Shown: positions 1 to 7,017 of the stretch, piece by piece
Layout: the number at the start of each line of letters is the position of its first letter
Numbering within the stretch: the stretch's first letter is position 1
Assembly (NCBI GenBank): GCA_051294375.1
Contig: JBJCIZ010000627.1
Coordinates: 1 to 7,450, forward strand
From: Paraspadella gotoi
Taxonomy: Eukaryota > Animalia > Chaetognatha
DNA: 7,450 bases
Direction of reading: 5' to 3'
Notes under the pieces: model-generated
The model's database searches: none
Told to the model about the DNA's origin: nothing
What the model saw: the letters and a program-made list of their open reading frames with translations, nothing else
Program-made: the position numbers and the translations under genes

Positions 1-377
1 ATTTTTTGATCAAAAGCATTACTTACATTATTATTAATATTATATTTATAACATAATATTTTTAGTCGGATCAGCTTATTGCAGATTCCGATTCTATAAT
101 CCACTTTATCAGTCCTTTGGTCCTACCCAAAATTTTTTTTTGTAAATCATTTTTATCATATCAGAACCTTAAATTATAATAAATTATTATAAATTATGTC
201 TGTTTCTTTGTTGCACTAACAAAAAACTTTAATTACTCGTGATTAGATGAATAGATTGGAATAAAATTTTGTGAATAAGTAGAAAACTGTATGATTGAAC
301 TGAATGTAGTTTCGATGGAATTGTGAAATTGAGTTTAAATGAATAAAATTAAATATTACTTTTGTTTGAATTTTTAT

Positions 378-466
378 AAAGTTATACAAATTAAAAAAGT
401 TTTACAAGTTGAAAAAATTATTTAAGTTAAAAAACTTGTAGAAATTAAAAAATCATGCAAATCAAA
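378..466 (+). repeat. Degenerate 18-bp minisatellite, ~5 units (copy at 5047-5135)
   Basis: Units: aaagttatacaaattaaa / aaagttttacaagttgaa / aaaattatttaagttaaa / aaacttgtagaaattaaa / aaatcatgcaaatcaaa. Confidence 0.75.
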
Positions 467-542
467 ATAATGAACAAAATATTTAAAATATTGAAGAAAC
501 AGTAATTATTGTAATGTGTTAGTAACAGAACCGTTCAATATA

Positions 543-618
543 AGCAGTCCCTGAACTTCGGATCAGGCTGTAACACCATGTTACAGGCGGGTTAAGCGCC
601 CCGTCCCTCTTAACTGCC
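543..618 (-). ncRNA. Candidate twister self-cleaving ribozyme, type-P5 permutation, with minimal P1
   Basis: Minus strand: GGCAGUU-AA-GAGG-GA-CGGG-GCGC-U-U^AA-CCC-GC-CUGUAACA-UGG-UGUUACAG-CCUGA-UCCGAAGU-UCAGG-GACUGCU. P5 GGCAGUU/GACUGCU; P3 8 bp perfect; P4 CCUGA/UCAGG; 8-nt L4 UCCGAAGU (consensus-like UCCYAAGC); T1 UCCG/CGGG; T2 GC/GU; conserved GA and UAA. P2 is imperfect (CCC with GAGG, one bulged A). Predicted cut between 594 and 593. Confidence 0.8.
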
Positions 619-620
619 AG

Positions 621-692
621 ACGACCACCGGGCTAGAACCCCGGACCTTTGGGTTGGGAAGCGAATGACTTGCCTCCGGCACCAATGGCCGC
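621..692 (-). ncRNA. tRNA-derived head (Gly-like, degenerate anticodon arm); SINE-type Pol III promoter module
   Basis: 72 nt. Acceptor stem GCGGCCA/UGGUCGU, D-stem GGUG/CAUU with A-box-like UGGUGCCGGAGG, T-stem CCGGG/CCCGG with B-box-like GGUUCUAGCCC. The anticodon stem pairs poorly, so it is unlikely to be a decoding tRNA. Confidence 0.75.
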
Positions 693-1016
693 TGATGAAC
701 GGTTGGTAGATTTTAGTCCACCATAATATTATATTTGATAACATTTTTTTTAATGCGCAGCCACAAGTTTTTTGACTTATTGATCAATTGATTTATAAAT
801 TTTTTAAAAAATTTATTTAAAAATCTATTATAATTTATTTTCCTCTTTAATAAACTGATTACCGCTAAATTATTATAGATCTAACATTGTTTGCTCAAAC
901 TTGTTTTATCAGATTTGGAGTAAAAAATAATCCTTAGCAAATAGTGAAAAGGATTAATCCCTATAAAATAAACCAGGCTTGAATTATTGCTGCATAATAT
1001 GATTATTTTTTTTTTT

Positions 1017-1229
1017 TTAACAAAATCTTTAAGGAATAACAGATTTTTTTAAAGTTCAACAACGAATTTTTTATTTCATAGGGACATGTTTCGACTCTGT
1101 GGTTAAGAGTCTTCATCGAAACATGTCCCTATGAAATAAAAAATTTGTTGTTGAACTCGAAAAAATCTGTTATTCCTTAAATTCATAAACACAACGAAAA
1201 AGAAAATCATAACAATATTAACAAAATCT
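1017..1229. mobile_element. Palindromic Penelope-like-element (PLE) remnant with 12-bp target-site duplication
   Basis: Inverted arms 1028-1094 and 1116-1181 (~66 bp, about 3 mismatches and 1 indel) around a 21-nt spacer, then a 36-bp unpaired tail. TTAACAAAATCT is directly repeated at 1017-1028 and 1218-1229. A hammerhead core sits at the centre. Confidence 0.75.
1083..1117 (-). ncRNA. Truncated minimal hammerhead ribozyme core (PLE type), probably inactive
   Basis: Minus strand (UC)GAUGA-A-GACUC-UUAACCACA-GAGUC-GAAA-CAUGUC: 5-bp stem II, GAAA, palindromic ACAUGU in place of stem III, GUC triplet. The CU of CUGAUGA is lost at the fold-back junction. Confidence 0.7.
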
Positions 1230-1376
1230 AAAATTTTTTTTTTGGACTTGTTTAATACTTAAATCTGATAATACATTCACAGATAAATAAAAATGATAAT
1301 TTTTGCGTACAGAAAGGTTACCCAAAGCTTTTATTAATATTTTATAATATAAAAAAAAATTCTGGAACATTTACAG

Positions 1377-1431
1377 NNNNNNNNNNNNNNNNNNNNNNNN
1401 NNNNNNNNNNNNNNNNNNNNNNNNNNNNNNN
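1377..1431. other. Assembly gap (55 N)
   Basis: Run of N. It corresponds to ~102 bp (6041-6142) in the second copy. Confidence 1.
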
Positions 1432-1544
1432 AAAGGTAAAGATTTTTAATAATAATAGCTTAATTAAAAAATATTAAAAAATAACTGGAAATTAATATAT
1501 TTTGATACTTTCTAATATAAAAAAAATATTCTGAAACATTTACA

Positions 1545-1554
1545 NNNNNNNNNN
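1545..1554. other. Assembly gap (10 N); homology to copy 2 ends here
   Basis: Run of N. Sequence after it does not match 6255 onward. Confidence 1.
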
Positions 1555-1592
1555 AAATATTTGAATTTTACTGACTCTTAATTTAAAACAAT

Positions 1593-3108
1593 TTAATAAA
1601 ATTTTAATATGTTTAATTAAGCTAAGTCAGTTATATTTAATCTTTTAAAATTTTAAGTTAAAATTGTCAAAAACTTTTGAGGTATCAGGCCGCCAAAATA
1701 GCCTGTCGAGAGTCTGGAGCAAGATTCCTTACTAAATGAATGGATACTTTTTAATGCTAATTTTATAGTAGAAGTTATTAGTAAACCTTAGCTAATTCTT
1801 TAACTTGTACCAAATATTTAGTTATTTAATTATATTTAAGTTTAATTTATTATGATAAATAGCTTTAAAATAACCCTAACCTTGTGTTAAATAATAACGA
1901 CAGAATAGTGCCCATTTATATTTTGTAACTTAAGAAAAATAGTACAGAAACCAGCACAAAACTCTCATAACGACGCCGATCTGACGACGCTGAATACTCT
2001 CGCCAAAGACGTCAACACGCGTGGTGAAGCCGATACGCGACGTCAATGTCAGCACTTTATATCAGTTATTTGCTACACATACCAAAAAGAATAAGTTTGA
2101 ATGCAATCCAATTTTTCATTTCTAGGAAATATTTAAACACTTTAAAACAGATAAAGTTTGATAACCACATACAGGGGTGGGACCCTATATCGAGATAAAA
2201 CTTAACGTCCTGCCATGTCTGAACGATTTGGGATACAATAATAAAATCAAAATGAGTGGCAAAAGTTTATTCTGGATTTTTACTTTTATATACAATAAAA
2301 AAGAAATTTTTAAGCAACTACAAGGCGTCGTGGATGTTTTCAAAACATTTGGTCGTTTTTATGCGCATTGTATTGCATACAATATAAGCCATACTTGTTA
2401 ATATTTTTCAGTAATCGTTTCTGAACATGACAGTGTTATGTCTTATCAGCAATTCACCTGATTTTAAGCTTTTCATCACTATCCAAATTAAACCTATTTA
2501 ATTTTTGACTTATTTTTACATTCGCCTACCGGGATTTTTTGGTCGGTTATTTTTTTTTCGCTTCTTATGAAATCTCGGTACGCAAAAATAAAAAAAAGAC
2601 ATTGGTAAGGGGGACATATGTAAAAAGTGAGTCTTTTTGGGTTTTTTAAAAATTACTTAATTTTTTAATATGAAACATTAAATTATTAAAGCAAACATTT
2701 AAATTATATAAGATATATCATTTTTACAAAGCTTAATATATAATTTAATGATAAAAAATAACCCTAAACTTATGTTTTACATGTTTACTATCAGTATCAC
2801 TTTCATTGATGGCTTCTGTACCATTTTCCTAATATTAAGTAATCCTAATCGTGAATGGCAAATCATGTTAAGAGCGACACACTTTAAAAATGATTGCTAT
2901 TCTCTCGTTATTATTTAACACAAGGTTTGAGTTCTTTTAAAGCTATTTATCAGAAAAAAATTAACTTAAATATAATTATATATTTGAATATTTGTCACAC
3001 GTTAAAGAATTCTCTGAACCAGGAGTAAAGTAACAAGAATGCAGGAAAATAATATATTGACATCAGGAAAAAATCTTAGCTTAATTAAACATTTTAATAT
3101 TTTATTAA
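1593..3108. repeat. Diverged long inverted repeat (fold-back-like or inverted duplication)
   Basis: Three collinear inverted blocks: 1593-1626 vs 3075-3108 (32/34), 1794-1908 vs 2897-3011 (100/115 ungapped, hand count), 1930-1953 vs 2810-2832. Confidence 0.88.
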
Positions 3109-3491
3109 CTTTTATTAATGTTTTATCCGAACATCAAAATTTATTTTTAGCCCAAAAGACAAGTTAGTTCGGCAAAAACATGTACAAAATATGTACTTCG
3201 ATTTTTAATGTATTAGTAATTTATATAAATGTTTATGATGCATATTTATATCATATTATTTTGAGTATTTGATTACTATTTTCTAATAAAATTAAGTTTA
3301 TACACTTTTTTCATTTTTTATTCAGAAATATTTATTACATTTCTGTTTACCATAAAAAATATTAATTAATACTATTATTAAATATAATCAGTATATTTTT
3401 ATATATTTTTATCAGTAATCACTTAAGTAGTATAAATATTTTAAATTTGTATTTTAAAAAGAATTAATATGACAGTCTGCTATCTATAATT

Positions 3492-3578
3492 TTAAAAAAA
3501 CCCCAAAAAACAAAAAAAACCTAATAAAACCCAGCTCGCTGGTTTTTTTAAAAAAAACCCAGGTTCTTGCCAACCCAG
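3492..3578 (-). mobile_element. Solitary DNA-transposon terminus, hAT-like
   Basis: Minus strand reads CTGGGTTGGCAAGAACCTGGGTTTTTTTTAAAAAAACCAGCGAGCTGGGTTTTATTAGGTTTT. This resembles, from memory, invertebrate hAT ends starting CAGGGTTGGCAA with GGGTTTT-type subterminal repeats. No partner end or TSD is visible. Confidence 0.5.
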
Positions 3579-3714
3579 ATAACAGATTCGGATTCGTCAG
3601 AAAAAAATAAGAAACTTTTGTAAAATAAGTTTTATAATATTTTAATGTTAAAGCTGCGAAAAATTACAAAAACAATTTATCATATAATAGTGAAAAAGTA
3701 AAGAATTTTGACTG

Positions 3715-4258
3715 TTAAAATTTAACACTGTCGCAGACGTATTTGCTGAGAACTAGACAGACGTCGTCCTTGAGCGGATGACTTTGGTAAACGGATTCCC
3801 TCTCCGTGGTTCTTGCAAAACTAACAGCAGCGGCGAACGGAGGTGAGAGGAATTTTTCCGTGGTCGGATGTAAAACTGATGGTTTGTGCGGGACGCCAGC
3901 CGGGAATGATGGGGAAGAGTCGTTTGATGGTGGAGGCGAAGCCTTTGGCGTAGTTCGTAGTGATAGTCGGTCTTGGGAAGGCGGTCCTGGTGGCGGCGGC
4001 GACAAGGAGCGAGCCCGATCGTCGAGCGTTGCCCATAAGGTATCCTCGGCGGGAGAACGAGCGTCACACCCCCAAGTCCCAGGAAGAGGCGACGGCGCAG
4101 AATAATGGAACCAAGATAGCCACGGAGGTAATACGAAGGAGATTCAGTGATAACGCCGGAAAGTTATCTCCTGGCGTCGGAAAGCGGCGTCGACGCCGCC
4201 GACTTCGGAGACGAGATTCGGCATCGTAGGGGTCAAAGTCACTCGTCAGAGCAAATTC
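3715..4258 (-). other. GC/CpG-rich coding-like block of unknown identity (possible decayed exon or TE ORF)
   Basis: Sharp GC rise with several overlapping short ORFs. The Pro/Ser-rich minus frame ending at 3715 is open from about 4143, and an acceptor-like TTTAG precedes 4258 on the minus strand. No recognisable domain. Confidence 0.3.
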
Positions 4259-5211
4259 TAAATTTAAACAGACAGTTAATAAATACTACTACTAATTAAT
4301 AAAAGTAATCACTATGAAACACAAACAGTATCAAATATAAAAAGTAAATACGAGTCCCATGCCATGAATCGCGTACGGAGGCAGACGATCATAAAAGTAC
4401 CATGATGGAAAAAAAAATTGTCGCGGTTTTGAAAAGTTAATTTCATTATCAAATATATTTTTAGTATAATTATTAATAATAAATTAATCAATTAATCGAT
4501 CAAAAACATTTCAGATCAAATTGCCTAATTAATTAAATAATTAACTTGAATAAATTAATTATTAATTAATTAAATACTGATAATGATTGTAGGCAGATCT
4601 GACATTGTTTGCTCAAACTTGTTTAACCAATAAATAAGTTTAATATATAATATAACCTCCTTGGGATTAAATTTTTTGATCAAAAGCATTACTTACATTA
4701 TTATTAATATTATATTTATAACATAATATTTTTAGTCGGATCAGCTTATTGCAGATTCCGATTCTATAATCCACTTTATCAGTCCTTTGGTCCTACCCAA
4801 ATTTTTTTTTGTAAATCATTTTTATCATATCAGAACCTTAAATTATAATAAATTATTATAAATTATGTCTGTTTCTTTGTTGCACTAACAAAAAACTTTA
4901 ATTACTCGTGATTAGATGAATAGATTGGAATAAAATTTTGTGAATAAGTAGAAAACTGTATGATTGAACTGAATGTAGTTTCGATGGAATTGTGAAATTG
5001 AGTTTAAATGAATAAAATTAAATATTACTTTTGTTTGAATTTTTATAAAGTTATACAAATTAAAAAAGTTTTACAAGTTGAAAAAATTATTTAAGTTAAA
5101 AAACTTGTAGAAATTAAAAAATCATGCAAATCAAAATAATGAACAAAATATTTAAAATATTGAAGAAACAGTAATTATTGTAATGTGTTAGTAACAGAAC
5201 CGTTCAATATA

Positions 5212-5286
5212 AGCAGTCCCTGAACTTCGGATCAGGCTGTAACACCATGTTACAGGCGGGTTAAGCGCCCGTCCCTCTTAACTGCC
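5212..5286 (-). ncRNA. Second copy of the candidate type-P5 twister ribozyme
   Basis: Identical to 543-618 except one G fewer in the G-run (GA-CGGG-CGC-UUAA). Predicted cut between 5263 and 5262. Confidence 0.75.
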
Positions 5287-5288
5287 AG

Positions 5289-5359
5289 ACGACCACCGGG
5301 CTAGAACCCGGACCTTTGGGTTGGGAAGCGAATGACTTGCCTCCGGCACCAATGGCCGC
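5289..5359 (-). ncRNA. Second copy of the tRNA-derived head
   Basis: Identical to 621-692 except one G fewer in the T-arm G-run. Confidence 0.72.
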
Positions 5360-5683
5360 TGATGAACGGTTGGTAGATTTTAGTCCACCATAATATTATA
5401 TTTGATAACATTTTTTTTAATGCGCAGCCACAAGTTTTTTGACTTATTGATCAATTGATTTATAAATTTTTTAAAAAATTTATTTAAAAATCTATTATAA
5501 TTTATTTTCCTCTTTAATAAACTGATTACCGCTAAATTATTATAGATCTAACATTGTTTGCTCAAACTTGTTTTATCAGATTTGGAGTAAAAAATAATCC
5601 TTAGCAAATAGTGAAAAGGATTAATCCCTATAAAATAAACCAGGCTTGAATTATTGCTGCATAATATGATTATTTTTTTTTTT

Positions 5684-5894
5684 TTAACAAAATCTTTAAG
5701 GAATAACAGATTTTTTTAAAGTTCAACAACGAATTTTTTATTTCATAGGGACATGTTTCGACTCTGTGGTTAAGAGTCTTCATCGAAACATGTCCTATGA
5801 AATAAAAAATTTGTTGTTGAACTCGAAAAAATCTGTTATTCCTTAAATTCATAAACACAACGAAAAAGAAATCATAACAATATTAACAAAATCT
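5684..5894. mobile_element. Second copy of the palindromic PLE/hammerhead remnant
   Basis: Palindrome 5695-5847; TSD TTAACAAAATCT at 5684-5695 and 5883-5894. Confidence 0.73.
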
Positions 5895-6008
5895 AAAATT
5901 TTTTTTTGGACTTGTTTAATACTTAAATCTGATAATACATTCACAGATAAATAAAAATGATAATTTTTGCGTACAGAAAGGTTACCCAAAGCTTTTATTA
6001 ATATTTTA

Positions 6009-6430
6009 TAATATAAAAAAAAATTCTGGAACATTTACAGCATTTTTTTTAATACCACTCTTTTTTAAGATAAAAATTAAGATTCATCCCTGAATCTATC
6101 CTAATGAAGATGATGCAATAAACATTTAATATGAGACTGAAAAAAGGTAAAGATTTTTAATAATAATAGCTTAATTAAAAAATATTAAAAAATAACTGGA
6201 AATTAATATATTTGATACTTTCTAATATAAAAAAAATATTCTGAAACATTTACAGCATTAATATATTTTTAATACCACTCTTTTTTAAGATATAAATTAA
6301 TATACATCCTTAAATTTATCCTGATGAAGATAATGCAATAACTATTTGATATGAGATTGAAAAAAGGTAAGGATTTTTAATAATAACGGTTTAACTAAAA
6401 AAATATTAAAAAACATCGGAAAATAGTATA
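6009..6430 (+). repeat. Diverged tandem duplication, period ~214 bp
   Basis: Units start at 6009 and 6223 and share, in order, aacatttacagcatt, tttttaataccactcttttttaagata, atgaagat-atgcaataa, tgaaaaaaggtaa-gatttttaataataa. Confidence 0.92.
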
Positions 6431-7017
6431 AATAAAAAATATAAATATAAAAAAGATAAAAAAAAAGAAAGCATTTTTTGAACAACTCATTTTATTTTTC
6501 ATAAAACTTTTGTATTTTTATTTTTTTTTTTCCATCATGGTATGAACGTTATAACCGTAACACCATCCGCGAATTGCAGTGTCAAGTCCGCAAAACAATT
6601 TCCGCTAATAGAGTCAAGTAAAAAAATATTATAACTTACCACGTTCTTTTTATGTGCCATTAAATCATAGAGATTAAAAAAAATTATTTTGAGATATTTT
6701 TTTTTTGTAATGGGACAGGTTCCATAAAATTAACAGCAATAATAATATTTTAAATAGTTCAAAAATAACAATATTATAGTACTCGTAGCTCGTAGTGTTA
6801 GGACCCGCCGGTCCGTCCCTCGGCGAGCCGCTTCGGGCAAATAGTTGAAGGTTCTCGCAAACTATTTGTAACATAGTCGGGACTCCTGGTCAAAACGCCG
6901 CAGTTTTACGAAATCTCAAAATTGTTTTAAAACAAACAACAAATGTACATATTTAACGTAAAATCTATTTATTAATTATAATTTTCGTAAAAAAAGAAAA
7001 AAAATCGAGCGGGAATA

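Larger units (their letters stand above)
1..1544 (+). repeat. Direct-repeat copy 1 of a ~1.55-kb segment (open at the window start, ends at an N-gap)
   Basis: 1-1376 matches 4671-6040 and 1432-1544 matches 6143-6254. The only differences I found are 7 single-base homopolymer length differences. Confidence 0.97.
4595..5573 (+). repeat. Pair of 30-bp direct repeats bracketing the tRNA-twister segment
   Basis: AGATCTGACATTGTTTGCTCAAACTTGTTT (4595-4624) and AGATCTAACATTGTTTGCTCAAACTTGTTT (5544-5573; also 877-906), 29/30 identical. Confidence 0.9.
4671..6254 (+). repeat. Direct-repeat copy 2 of the ~1.55-kb segment
   Basis: Matches 1-1544 with initial offset 4670, and fills the 55-N gap of copy 1. 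Confidence 0.97.
4400..6540. mobile_element. Candidate 2141-bp non-autonomous TIR DNA element with TA target duplication
   Basis: TA|CCATGATGGAAAAAAAAA (4398-4417) and TTTTTTTTTCCATCATGG|TA (6523-6542) are perfect inverted copies. They coincide with switches from CpG-rich flanks to an AT-rich interior. No transposase ORF. Half of the TIR is an A-run, which lowers its significance. Confidence 0.62.

Noticed and set aside
550-567. Plus-strand C(UUCG)G tetraloop hairpin suggesting a plus-strand RNA
   Set aside because: It is the reverse complement of twister P4/L4. The tRNA boxes and ribozyme core both point to the minus strand.
621-692. Functional tRNA-Gly gene
   Set aside because: The anticodon stem is largely unpaired and the T-loop and D-loop are non-canonical. 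Kept only as a tRNA-derived head.
692-698. CTGATGA as a plus-strand hammerhead core or C box
   Set aside because: No stem II plus GAAA and no suitable D box follow.
1028-1181. MITE or pre-miRNA interpretation of the palindrome
   Set aside because: The direct repeats enclose an asymmetric tail and the centre is a hammerhead core, which fits a PLE remnant better.
2177-2401. 74-aa ORF, with TACAGGGG at 2171 as a Tc1-like start
   Set aside because: Non-ATG start, AT-driven composition, no motif, and no matching opposite terminus.
3806-4229. Plus-strand 99-aa and 89-aa ORFs
   Set aside because: GTG starts in a eukaryotic context. They are probably shadows of GC-rich sequence.
4525-4575. TAATTAATTA palindromic tract
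   Set aside because: Low-complexity AT sequence; self-complementarity is expected by chance.
5670-6034. Two minus-strand ORFs of 62 and 61 aa
   Set aside because: They cross a palindromic insertion and homopolymers whose lengths differ in copy 1, which shifts the frames.
6321-6375. CTGATGAAG...GAAA in tandem unit 2 as a hammerhead or C/D snoRNA
   Set aside because: Stems I-III cannot be formed convincingly, the sister unit has CTAATGA, and the spacing is too short for a snoRNA.
6674-6874. 66-aa minus ORF
   Set aside because: Half lies in AT-rich low-complexity DNA and it has no recognisable motif.
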